From Minisyncoccia bacterium (GTDB lineage Bacteria > Bacteroidota > Bacteroidia > Flavobacteriales > Flavobacteriaceae), in assembly GCA_047616265.1 (NCBI GenBank), contig JBLHII010000001.1:1-47519 (forward strand): DNA of 47,519 nt. Direction: 5' to 3'. This document shows, piece by piece, positions 36,225-44,936 of the stretch. Below the pieces are notes generated by a model that ran no database searches, had not been told where the DNA came from, and was given only the letters and a program-made list of their open reading frames with translations. The position numbers were made by a program, and so were the translations under genes. Numbering within the stretch: position 1 is the first letter of the stretch; each line of letters opens with the position of its first letter.

Positions 36225-37808
36225 TTAGTTAATAATTACTTTCTTCACTGTCTTTTGATTATTTGAAGTAATTACAAGAAAATACACCCCGGGATTATAG
36301 CCCCTTACGTCAATATGCCTGCTGTTTTTTTCTTTGGTAAGGAGTCGTTTGCCAAAGACATCATATAACACTAGACTGCTTATTGTTACATCACCGATTA
36401 TGTTAACCTTATCATTGGCTGGGTTTGGATACACGCTCACCTTTGTATCCAAATCAAGATTAGAATCAATGTTTAGTGGTTCCTCCTGAAAAATTTTAAC
36501 GTAATCTATAATCATAGCGCTCTGGTCAAATCCTGGTGGTGTATTTCCTGCATAGCCACCAATAGCGACGTTAAGTAATAGAAATTGATCTTCAAAAAAT
36601 GGCCATGTATTGGCATCTTTAACCACTGGATTGTAGGTATAATAACCAACATCATCGAGTAAAAATGTTATTTGATCTGGAGACCAATTTAAAGAGTATA
36701 CATGAAAATTGTTTTCAAGATCTGTTGCAATGGTTCCTCCCCCATTTGGGCTTCCGCCATAACAGCAAGGAGTATGAAGCGCACTGCTAATATAGTTTAT
36801 GTCTTCATTTGGGAAAATACCATGCTCCATTATATCAATCTCTCCACAAGCAGGCCAACTTGTTGTGCCAAAACTAGGGTCCCAAAACCCCCCATCTTCA
36901 TTGATATTCTTACCCAGCATCCATATTGCTGGCCAAGTACCAGGCTCAATAGGTAATTTTGCCCTTACATCTACCCTACCATAGGTGAAGGCAAATTTAG
37001 CGTTTAATCTTGCTGAAGTAAAGTTTTTTGTCAAGCCTTGATCTGTATAGGCTTCTTGTTTTGCTATGATGTTTAAAAAACCAGAAGTGTCAACAAAAGA
37101 ATTATCTATGCGGTCTGTATAATGTTGCTCTTCACCATTAGCCCAACCTACCCCTGGGATAATAACTTGTGTTTGATGGTGCCATTTTGATGGGTTGACA
37201 ATTCCTGGAGTTTCAAACTGGTCTTCCCAGACCAAATTGGTATACGCTACATCAATCTCGTGTAAGTTTATTTCTGTAGAACCATCATCAATACTATCCA
37301 GTAAATACGTACCTGTAGTTAAAACACCCCCATCTATGAAAATAACAAATCTACTATATTCTCCAGTTGCATTTACAGGAGTAACCCCGTCTGAACTTAA
37401 TACAGCTTCTGAAAAATCAAAAACAACAGCATCTGTCCAACCACCACCCGGAGCTATATTTTGAGTTACCTCAACATCAGGATTTTCGCCATTTTCTAAT
37501 TTTAATAATACCGTATGTGCATTAGAATCAAATCCATAAAAAGATAAAGAAATCGTATTCTGAAAATCTAAATCAATTACTCTTTCTAAATCAAGGTAAA
37601 ATCCCTGCCAAATTTCAGACCCGTCATTGAAAAATTGTCCTACATCATTGCTGGGGTCATCAGGATCTAAACTAAAAGAAAAGCTACTGCCCGAAAAAGA
37701 AGAAAAACTTTCTGAAGAATCAGAAAAATCTAATGGCATTTGCTGCGCGCAAGATAGGTGACTTATAAGTAAAAAGACAAAAAGTGAATAAGCAGGTGTA
37801 TGTTTCAT
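36225..37808 (-). CDS. GH16 beta-glucanase (laminarinase-like) with N-terminal non-catalytic domain and T9SS CTD
   Basis: W.D.F, NGEEQHYT, FTSARL, YGR...RAKLP, GTWPAIWMLG, catalytic EIDIME, FHVY, DYVK; CTD YPNPA...YDVFGK...GVYFL. Confidence 0.93.
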   Translation of the reverse strand: MKHTPAYSLFVFLLISHLSCAQQMPLDFSDSSESFSSFSGSSFSFSLDPDDPSNDVGQFFNDGSEIWQGFYLDLERVIDLDFQNTISLSFYGFDSNAHTVLLKLENGENPDVEVTQNIAPGGGWTDAVVFDFSEAVLSSDGVTPVNATGEYSRFVIFIDGGVLTTGTYLLDSIDDGSTEINLHEIDVAYTNLVWEDQFETPGIVNPSKWHHQTQVIIPGVGWANGEEQHYTDRIDNSFVDTSGFLNIIAKQEAYTDQGLTKNFTSARLNAKFAFTYGRVDVRAKLPIEPGTWPAIWMLGKNINEDGGFWDPSFGTTSWPACGEIDIMEHGIFPNEDINYISSALHTPCCYGGSPNGGGTIATDLENNFHVYSLNWSPDQITFLLDDVGYYTYNPVVKDANTWPFFEDQFLLLNVAIGGYAGNTPPGFDQSAMIIDYVKIFQEEPLNIDSNLDLDTKVSVYPNPANDKVNIIGDVTISSLVLYDVFGKRLLTKEKNSRHIDVRGYNPGVYFLVITSNNQKTVKKVIIN

Positions 37809-38008
37809 AAAGGAATATTTTAGACACTCAAATATAACCCTTGTTGCTACATAGTTTTTATTGTTTGACTATACAAAAGCTATACAACAAGGTTATATTA
37901 GTTTATTATTAGATTTGTCACTACAACACGGGCAACTAATTTTCATTATTGAAAGCCATAACCACCTCTAAAGTGTTTGTCTAAAATTCATTATTCATAC
38001 CCTCTGGG

Positions 38009-40180
38009 TTAAAATGTAAGCGTAGCTCCTACCAAAAAGTTAATCCCTGCTTGTGGATAAAAGCCTGCGCCCTCTATCGTAGTAATAGTTCCTGGAGTAC
38101 TAAAATCGTCATCATAGGTGAAGAAATAACCATTTGAGACGTACGATACGTCAAAAATGTTATTTACCAAACCACTCAACACTAAACTGTCAGCAAAAGG
38201 TAATTTTGCAATGGTGTAGTTTATGTTAAAATCATTTAAGAAATACGCATCTAGCTTAGATGTTTCGCTGTCAATATTTCCTAAATATTGTGATCCTACA
38301 TACTTAGAAAGCAATGATACTTGAAGGTTTTTTGTAGGAGTGAAGTCAATACTATTTCCTGCAATGAATGATGGAGAAAAAGAAATATTTGTAGTCCCCA
38401 AATTCACGAACTCACCGTCTCTTGAACTTTTGAAATCTCTGTTTTTATTGCTGCTCAAAGCTACATTTGGTCTAATGTGTAATTGTTTTAATACCGTAAT
38501 ATCTGCCTCAATTTCAAGTCCAGCCCTGTAACTATTTCCACTTGTTTCTCTAACAAACCCACCAGAGTCATCGAGTTGACCTGTGAGTACTAGCTGGTCT
38601 TTATAATCCATGTAGTAGAGGTTTGTGTTTAGGCTTATATTATCACTTACAAAGCGCCATCCTAATTCATAATCGTCTAGTTTCTCTGGTGTAAATACCC
38701 CTTCCTCAAAATCACTTCGCCTTGGCTCTCTACTTGCTCTCCCGTAAGAAAAATAAAATTGATTCTCTTTATTTAAAGTGTAACTCGCACCAAACTTTGG
38801 GTTAAAAAACTGATAAGACTCATCTACTATCATATTCACTTTATCACTTGTTAATCCGGCAGTTTTGTAGTTTACAACACGTAGCTGTAGGTCACCAAAA
38901 AAGGACAAAGAATTAGTTAATTGATAGGTTGCCTTAGAAAAAACAGTAAATTCATGTTTATCTCCAGTTCCATTATAATAGCGATCTCCCAAATTTGCTC
39001 CTGTAAAATAATTTGCCCAAATTACCTCTCCATAATGAAGGCCTTGGTAATAGCTGTAGAAAAGACCTGAAGTAGTGTCCCAGTTTTCATCTTTATAATG
39101 TGCATTTGCACTTAAGGCGTAAAAATTATTCTCTAACCAACGACGCCTCACCAAATCAGATTCGGTACTTGTGTCACCGTTAATTGTAACGGGTAATAGG
39201 CCATGAAAATCAAGAGCAGCATCTTCTTTATATTCCTCAAAAAATCCACTCCCCTTAGTATAGTTAAGCGTTGCACTTGAGCTCCAGTTATTACTATATC
39301 GTTGGTTCCATATCACCTGGTAGTGATCTTGGTCATAGTCATCTACTTGATTTTGATGAAACCGAACGGTTCCGTCTTCATCGGTATATATTCCTGCGGG
39401 GTTAAACGTTGGGTTGCTGCTTAGCGTTTGCGCATCAATTCCAAACCAAGACTGATACGTGATTTCTCGCCCACCAAAAGCCAATGCTTTAATAAACGTA
39501 TTGTCGCTTTTATAAGAGCCTTGTAAGAAATAAGATTTTAAATCACTAGCGGCACGATCTATATAACCGTCACTCTTAATATTTGAAAGCCTTCCAGAAA
39601 TTTCAACACGATCATTTAATAAGCCTGTAGAAAACTTTGCGCTGTGTCTCCAGGTGTTAAAAGATCCGTAACTGTTTGCAATTTGCCCATATGCTTCTTT
39701 TGCAGAACGATCTGTTTCTATGTTTAAACTAGCCCCAAAAGAACCAGACCCATTGGTAGAAGTACCAACACCTCTTTGAAGTTGAAGACTCTCTACAGAG
39801 GAAGCAAAGTCTGGGAGGTTCACCCAAAAAGTACCTTGGCTTTCACTATCATTATACGGGATGCCGTTGATAGTTACATTAACACGAGTAGCATCACTAC
39901 CTCGAACTCTAATACCTGTATATCCTACTCCAGCGCCTGCGTCACTGGTAGTAACCACGCCGGGGAGGTAATTAAGCAACACAGGAATGTCTTGTCCTAA
40001 ATTACGTTTTGCAAGATCTTTTTTACTAAGATTGCTATGTGTAATTGGAGAATCTGCACCTACCCTTACAGCCTTGAGGTATACCTCCTGTAACGGTTCG
40101 ATTTTTAAAGTGTCTTGAAGTTTTTCTTGTGCTTGGAGGATCCCTGCACTCAATAAAAAGGTAAAGATAAAATATTTCAT
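38009..40180 (-). CDS. TonB-dependent receptor, probably for thiamine or a precursor
   Basis: Plug motifs RVRG..RVNVTINGIP.ND and QRGVGTS..G..SFG; C-terminal Phe; lies downstream of a TPP riboswitch. Start at ATG 40180 (MKYFIF); the ORF-track extension to 40309 runs through leader RNA. Confidence 0.92.
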   Translation of the reverse strand: MKYFIFTFLLSAGILQAQEKLQDTLKIEPLQEVYLKAVRVGADSPITHSNLSKKDLAKRNLGQDIPVLLNYLPGVVTTSDAGAGVGYTGIRVRGSDATRVNVTINGIPYNDSESQGTFWVNLPDFASSVESLQLQRGVGTSTNGSGSFGASLNIETDRSAKEAYGQIANSYGSFNTWRHSAKFSTGLLNDRVEISGRLSNIKSDGYIDRAASDLKSYFLQGSYKSDNTFIKALAFGGREITYQSWFGIDAQTLSSNPTFNPAGIYTDEDGTVRFHQNQVDDYDQDHYQVIWNQRYSNNWSSSATLNYTKGSGFFEEYKEDAALDFHGLLPVTINGDTSTESDLVRRRWLENNFYALSANAHYKDENWDTTSGLFYSYYQGLHYGEVIWANYFTGANLGDRYYNGTGDKHEFTVFSKATYQLTNSLSFFGDLQLRVVNYKTAGLTSDKVNMIVDESYQFFNPKFGASYTLNKENQFYFSYGRASREPRRSDFEEGVFTPEKLDDYELGWRFVSDNISLNTNLYYMDYKDQLVLTGQLDDSGGFVRETSGNSYRAGLEIEADITVLKQLHIRPNVALSSNKNRDFKSSRDGEFVNLGTTNISFSPSFIAGNSIDFTPTKNLQVSLLSKYVGSQYLGNIDSETSKLDAYFLNDFNINYTIAKLPFADSLVLSGLVNNIFDVSYVSNGYFFTYDDDFSTPGTITTIEGAGFYPQAGINFLVGATLTF

Positions 40181-40243
40181 TCGTACTTGTTTTTTAGACG
40201 AATAAAAGGGGTAATTATTCTTGTTAAGTAATAATTTAAGAGG

Positions 40244-40304
40244 TCGAGCGCAACCGAGGACAATAAAAGAATATTCTCGATTAATACATCTCGACTGCGC
40301 TCGA
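40244..40304. repeat. REP-like inverted repeat pair
   Basis: TCGAGCGCAACCGAGG (40244-40259) and TCTCGACTGCGCTCGA (40289-40304); 14 of 16 positions complementary; GC-rich in an AT-rich context. Confidence 0.7.
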
Positions 40305-40314
40305 TGCAACAGTA

Positions 40315-40468
40315 AAATTCCTAAACAGCATTACCTGTTCTAGGTTCCATGGGTATAATCTCAGCCAATGTAATTTAGATGTTCAAATCAAGTTTTCTGA
40401 TACAAGAATTAATTCTTAAATCTATACGCTAAATTTTTAATCACAAATTATGTAGCACCCCTTTGAGA
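40315..40468 (-). ncRNA. TPP riboswitch (THI element), atypical
   Basis: Minus strand: GGGGUGC-[89 nt]-GCUGAGAUUAUACCC-AUGGA-ACCU-AGA-ACAG-GUAAUG-CUGU-UU-AGGAA. TATCTTTG promoter element at 40476-40483. Confidence 0.9.
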
Positions 40469-40696
40469 TGTGATACAAAGATATATTTATTAGGAATACT
40501 ACAAACAATAAATATAAAATATAATACACATGGAGTGAAAAAACCACACCTTCTACATTCTATGCATCAATAACCTACTTGTAATTAAGGTATTATCCAA
40601 GACCAAATTCAATATTTTTTGAAAATAGCCTACTACATATTACACTGTGTAGTAATATTTAATGAAAATATTTGGTAAAAGCCGTTTCAAAAGCCG

Positions 40697-41101
40697 CTAT
40701 TCTATTGCTGGAGGTTTTCTATTTGCTTTTTTAAGAGCATGTGTTTTTTTTGATGTAATACGCTTTTCTAGTGCATTTCTTGAAGGGCGTGTTTTCTTTC
40801 TAAACTTAGGAACACGCAGGCTTTTTTGAAGGAGTATCGTTAGGCGCTCTATACCCAAAGCTTTATTACGGTGTTGGCTTCTAGATTCGCTGCAGGTTAC
40901 CGTGAGTATTCCCTCTGCAGAAACACGGTGTTGTAATTTTTCAAGCAACCGTTCTTTCTGTGTAATTGTAAAAAGTCCAGAGCTAGCAATCGTAAAACTA
41001 ACAGCAACTTTACTAGCCGTTTTATTAACGTGTTGCCCTCCAGGACCGCTACTTCTTACCGCTTTAAAAGTAAGCTCTTTTATAAGTGCTGACGTATCCA
41101 T
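40697..41101 (-). CDS. arfB: Alternative ribosome rescue peptidyl-tRNA hydrolase ArfB (YaeJ)
   Basis: RSSGPGGQHVNK, RSQHRNK and a basic C-terminal tail. Confidence 0.95.
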   Translation of the reverse strand: MDTSALIKELTFKAVRSSGPGGQHVNKTASKVAVSFTIASSGLFTITQKERLLEKLQHRVSAEGILTVTCSESRSQHRNKALGIERLTILLQKSLRVPKFRKKTRPSRNALEKRITSKKTHALKKANRKPPAIE

Positions 41102-42630
41102 TAGGCATTGGGCTGGTGCGATAGATGCAACAAATCGTTTACATCCTTTACAGGACTAAAGGTAAGCAAAGGAACTTCAACAAAAATAGTATTCCAATGA
41201 GCCATGGCGCCATTCCATAATCCTGGTGCTTCTAATGCTTTTATAGGAGTTCCTTCGACGGTCTTGTCTGAAATAAAACAAGCCAAAGGATCGATAAAAT
41301 GAGTAAGATTATATTTCTCTCCTGTGTGATTTCGAGTACCACACACCAAGTCTACTGGATTAAAATGTGTGGCGTCCTCAATTATTGCAAGCTGCCTTGA
41401 GTCTGATGTATCTATTTGAGAAAGTTCAACAATTTGTAACGATAGCTGACCCTCTGCATTTTTCACCCAAAAAGGACCCCCGCCAGGTGCCCCTGTATTT
41501 TTAACAACACCACAAACACGTATTGGCCTATTTAGAATTTCGGCGATACCTGCCTTTGTTTCTGGAATGTCTTTGATCTGAAGTTCTTTCCATAAAAAAG
41601 TCTTCATTTCGCTTAATTTAGCTTCGGTTATTTGATCTTTTACAATGCCATCTAGGTATCCAAAAATTTTATCCTGCAATTGCAACATCCTTCCAGCTAA
41701 CATTTTTTTACTAGCAGCAACATCACGAATGTGTTCCTCTACGGTAACATTATCTATATTTTTAATGAAAATAATATCTGCATCTACCTCATTGAGATTT
41801 TTAATAAGGGCGCCATGCCCCGATGGTCTAAAAACTAAATTCCCTTTTTTATTCTTAAAGGGTTTATTCTCTAAGTCTACGGCTATGGTATCTGTACTAG
41901 CATCTTGGAAAGAATACGAAATTCTTACATTTACTTTTGTTTTCTTTATTATTCTATTTTTTACTTTTTCAAATGCGTCTTTAAAGAGCGTTAGGTGTTG
42001 TGGTGAGAAAGTAAAATGTAAATGTGCCACTCCATCAACAGCAGCATACTGAGTTGCCTCAAATAATTGTTCTTCAAAAGCAGTTCTAGTATATTTTGCA
42101 TACTTATGAAATGGAATTAACCCCTTAGGTAACCCTCCATAATTAAGATCATTTTTCCCCAGCAATAGCGCCACAAAAGAATGCATGCGCACCCCATTTT
42201 CAGATTGCTTATACTCTGGGTATTGTTTTCTAATCTCCTTACGAACAGAGCCCGTAAAAGGAAAGTATTTAAGATTGTCAAAAAAAGTTTTTAAAGGGTG
42301 TAAACCATTTGTTTTGATATACGCAACCAAGCCACCTTCTTCTGGATTATAATCTTCTAAAAAGGTGTGTAAAAACCGAAACATTCTCGAAGCTGCACCA
42401 CTAGCTGGTACAAACTTTATAATATCTTTTTGTGCTTTTTTTTCATCATAATAACGAGCCATTTCTTTTTGTTCGGCCAGATCATAAACTTCAACACCAT
42501 TACCTAAGCTGGCAGCTCTAACAATTTGGGTATACGGCACGCCATTTTCAAAGGTTTTGAGCTGTTTTTTTATACCGTGCTCTTCTAGGCCATGTAATAT
42601 AATTTGCTCAAGATCCCGGGGTGTAAACAT
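41101..42630 (-). CDS. DUF4301-family protein (nucleotidyltransferase-like)
   Basis: KFVPASGAASRMF, LPKGLIPFH, FRPSGHGAL, FIKNIDN, GGGPFWV, HFNPVDL, PGLWNGAMA.W, FSPVK.VNDLL. Confidence 0.85.
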   Translation of the reverse strand: MFTPRDLEQIILHGLEEHGIKKQLKTFENGVPYTQIVRAASLGNGVEVYDLAEQKEMARYYDEKKAQKDIIKFVPASGAASRMFRFLHTFLEDYNPEEGGLVAYIKTNGLHPLKTFFDNLKYFPFTGSVRKEIRKQYPEYKQSENGVRMHSFVALLLGKNDLNYGGLPKGLIPFHKYAKYTRTAFEEQLFEATQYAAVDGVAHLHFTFSPQHLTLFKDAFEKVKNRIIKKTKVNVRISYSFQDASTDTIAVDLENKPFKNKKGNLVFRPSGHGALIKNLNEVDADIIFIKNIDNVTVEEHIRDVAASKKMLAGRMLQLQDKIFGYLDGIVKDQITEAKLSEMKTFLWKELQIKDIPETKAGIAEILNRPIRVCGVVKNTGAPGGGPFWVKNAEGQLSLQIVELSQIDTSDSRQLAIIEDATHFNPVDLVCGTRNHTGEKYNLTHFIDPLACFISDKTVEGTPIKALEAPGLWNGAMAHWNTIFVEVPLLTFSPVKDVNDLLHLSHQPNA

Positions 42631-42633
42631 GTA

Positions 42634-43200
42634 TTATTTTTGTTTAGTTAATGTTTTTATGATAGAAATAGCTTTTGCTAAACGCTTTTCTTTTGACCCT
42701 TTTAAAAGGGTAAAAGGAATTTTATTTTGAACCAATTGTTTCTCAAAAATACGAAACATTTTCTCCCTGTCATAGGGCCTATCCCGCAAGTTGTCGGGGA
42801 CCCATGGGGTGTCAATATCAGTAAGAAAATAATAGTCATACTTATGAATTAGTGCTGCTTCTGCAATTTCTGGTGGGCACCAGCCATCATAATAATATTC
42901 GCAATAGGTCTTTATTTGTAGCACGTTTGTGTCTAGAAAAAGAACGGTATCTAGAACACTAGAAATTTTATTTTCACTAACTATTTGTCCCTCTGCAATA
43001 GGGAGCAGATCTTCTTTCGCTATTGTTTCTTGAGAGTTTCTCCATTTATGCTCCAAATATGTTCGCATATATTCTGGCAACCATAGGGTATTAAAATATG
43101 TTGCTAATTGTTTTGTTAAGGTCGTTTTACCCGAAGATTCAGGGCCAAACAAAACTATTTTTAAGCAACTGCTAGGGGCTTGTCTACTTCTTTTTTCCAT
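42634..43200 (-). CDS. Stand-alone NadR-type (ribosylnicotinamide kinase-like) P-loop kinase
   Basis: Walker A GPESSGKT, EYMR, FLDT, W..D.LRD; no HxGH adenylyltransferase domain. Confidence 0.85.
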   Translation of the reverse strand: MEKRSRQAPSSCLKIVLFGPESSGKTTLTKQLATYFNTLWLPEYMRTYLEHKWRNSQETIAKEDLLPIAEGQIVSENKISSVLDTVLFLDTNVLQIKTYCEYYYDGWCPPEIAEAALIHKYDYYFLTDIDTPWVPDNLRDRPYDREKMFRIFEKQLVQNKIPFTLLKGSKEKRLAKAISIIKTLTKQK

Positions 43201-43793
43201 GCTAAATAGCCATAAATTGCTATAATTGTTAATACAAAATAAAGAATACTACTAAAGGTAAGGCCCTTATAAAAATACAAAGGCACCGTAATAATATCTC
43301 CAATAATCCAATAGATCCAGTTTTCAATTTTTCGTTTTGCCATCAACCACATTCCTACAAAAAAGATACCCGTTGTAAGAGTATCAAGATATGATGTCCA
43401 GTGATTAAATTTATTAAAAGCAGTATACACCAAAAACACAAAAAGAACGGTCCCTGTAAAAATAGCCGCAGAAATTAAATGTTCTTTAGGGGATGTTCTA
43501 CTAATGGGTGTTACTGGCAAATCATCAACCTTACGTGTCCAGATATACCAACCATATACACTCATGATAAAGTAATAACCATTAATCATCATGTCACCCA
43601 ACAGGCCCCATTTTAATAATAGATACACAAAAATAGCTGTACAAACCATCCCTGTAGGAAAGACCAATACATTGTTTTTTTTAGCATACACTACAGAGGC
43701 AATTGTAAATAATGCCGCCATCAATTCTAAGACAATATCTAGGGTTTCATACGCTGTATATTGAGAAAAAAGAAAATCAAAAATTTGGTTCAT
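43161..43793 (-). CDS. pnuC: PnuC-family vitamin transporter
   Basis: About 7 TM segments; YGWYIW, WLMAKRKIENWIYWIIGD and YGY..W motifs. Confidence 0.92.
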   Translation of the reverse strand: MNQIFDFLFSQYTAYETLDIVLELMAALFTIASVVYAKKNNVLVFPTGMVCTAIFVYLLLKWGLLGDMMINGYYFIMSVYGWYIWTRKVDDLPVTPISRTSPKEHLISAAIFTGTVLFVFLVYTAFNKFNHWTSYLDTLTTGIFFVGMWLMAKRKIENWIYWIIGDIITVPLYFYKGLTFSSILYFVLTIIAIYGYLAWKKEVDKPLAVA

Positions 43794-44037
43794 AGTCGCT
43801 TCTGTCTGATTTTACAATTTTAACATACATTACCCCCGCATCTACCGCCTCTAGAGCAACCTTAATTTCTTTTTGCAGTATAGACATCACCTTATCATAG
43901 GGGCCATATACTTGAGTACTCAGTGGGTTTTCTAGCACCCTAAGCTCAGCTGCTCTTAGCTTTTTAATAAACGCTATAATAGCGGGCTCATAAGAGTCTT
44001 GTAAAGGTGTAAAGGTAAGTTCTACTGAAATATGCAT
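43777..44037 (-). CDS. YkoF/DUF77-like thiamine-binding protein
   Basis: 86-aa ferredoxin-like pattern SVEL..TPL...Y...I..FI..L......NPLSTQVYG.YD.VM; 17-nt overlap with pnuC. Confidence 0.7.
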   Translation of the reverse strand: MHISVELTFTPLQDSYEPAIIAFIKKLRAAELRVLENPLSTQVYGPYDKVMSILQKEIKVALEAVDAGVMYVKIVKSDRSDYEPNF

Positions 44038-44164
44038 GATACTGAGATTGTTCTTGTAAAGATACTATTTTGGGGTGGAGCGTAAAAAAGAATAAAATCA
44101 AAAAAGAGTTTCATCTACTTGAGTACTGATTCTACTGTATTCATATTTACAGGAGACGGATCTG

Positions 44165-44794
44165 TCAAGAAATAACAGCATATACCAAGGTAAATTCTTC
44201 AAATTCTTGGAAGTAGACACTATAGGTTTCGCTCCTATTCACTGCATGCACTGTGGCTGAAGTTTCCTTGTCATCCAGTCTAAAGTCTTCTACAAAAATC
44301 TGGTTTAAAAAACTAATTCCTGGATGAGAAAAACTCTTGTATAGCGCCTCTTTAGCTCCCCAGACAATGGTGAGTTTCCGCATAATAGCATCTTCATTGG
44401 CTAAGGTGCTATACTCTTCTACGGTTGTAAATTTATGAGCAATCTTTAAGATTTTAGTGCGCTGTTTTTCTATGTCAATCCCAACTGCTACGTCACTAAT
44501 GATAATAGCGGTAAACGTATATGAGTGGGTAATTGAAATATGCTTTCCGTCTATTAGGTGTGGCTTTCCATTTTCGTCATAAAACAAATCAAAATCTGTA
44601 TAACCAACATCCGCTAAAAGGTGGCGAATACTCATAAAACCTCGGCGGTGCAAATCACTTTTCATTCCATTAACGCGCTCTTGGCAATGATCTGTTAAAT
44701 CAATTCCTTCACTTAAGACATCAAATGATTCCTCTATCTTCCAGATCAGGAGCTTAGTCTTTGCGTTAAATGTTATAGTTTTGTAAAGAGGCAT
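44165..44794 (-). CDS. 4'-phosphopantetheinyl transferase family protein
   Basis: GKP, ISITHS, VGIDIE and WGAKEALYK motifs. Confidence 0.92.
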   Translation of the reverse strand: MPLYKTITFNAKTKLLIWKIEESFDVLSEGIDLTDHCQERVNGMKSDLHRRGFMSIRHLLADVGYTDFDLFYDENGKPHLIDGKHISITHSYTFTAIIISDVAVGIDIEKQRTKILKIAHKFTTVEEYSTLANEDAIMRKLTIVWGAKEALYKSFSHPGISFLNQIFVEDFRLDDKETSATVHAVNRSETYSVYFQEFEEFTLVYAVIS

Positions 44795-44936
44795 TATAAT
44801 TTGATTGGTTTTGTGTATTTTTGCAGTCCTAAAATTTAATGCCTTTAATGGATTACAATTTTAGAACAAACACCACTACAAAGTAGTAAATATTAACACG
44901 TTCTCTGCCATAGCGGAGATAAAAATGCAATTTTTT

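Noticed and set aside
36225-40180. GH16 plus TonB receptor as a polysaccharide utilisation locus
   Set aside because: The receptor is short, lacks SusC features, has no SusD partner and is under a TPP riboswitch.
40181-40309. N-terminal extension of the TonB receptor in the ORF track
   Set aside because: It spans the REP-like hairpin and leader; the signal peptide starts at ATG 40180.
44895-44925. SAH or SAM riboswitch upstream of ahcY
   Set aside because: Only a small hairpin (TCTCTGC-CATA-GCGGAGA); no riboswitch consensus recognised.
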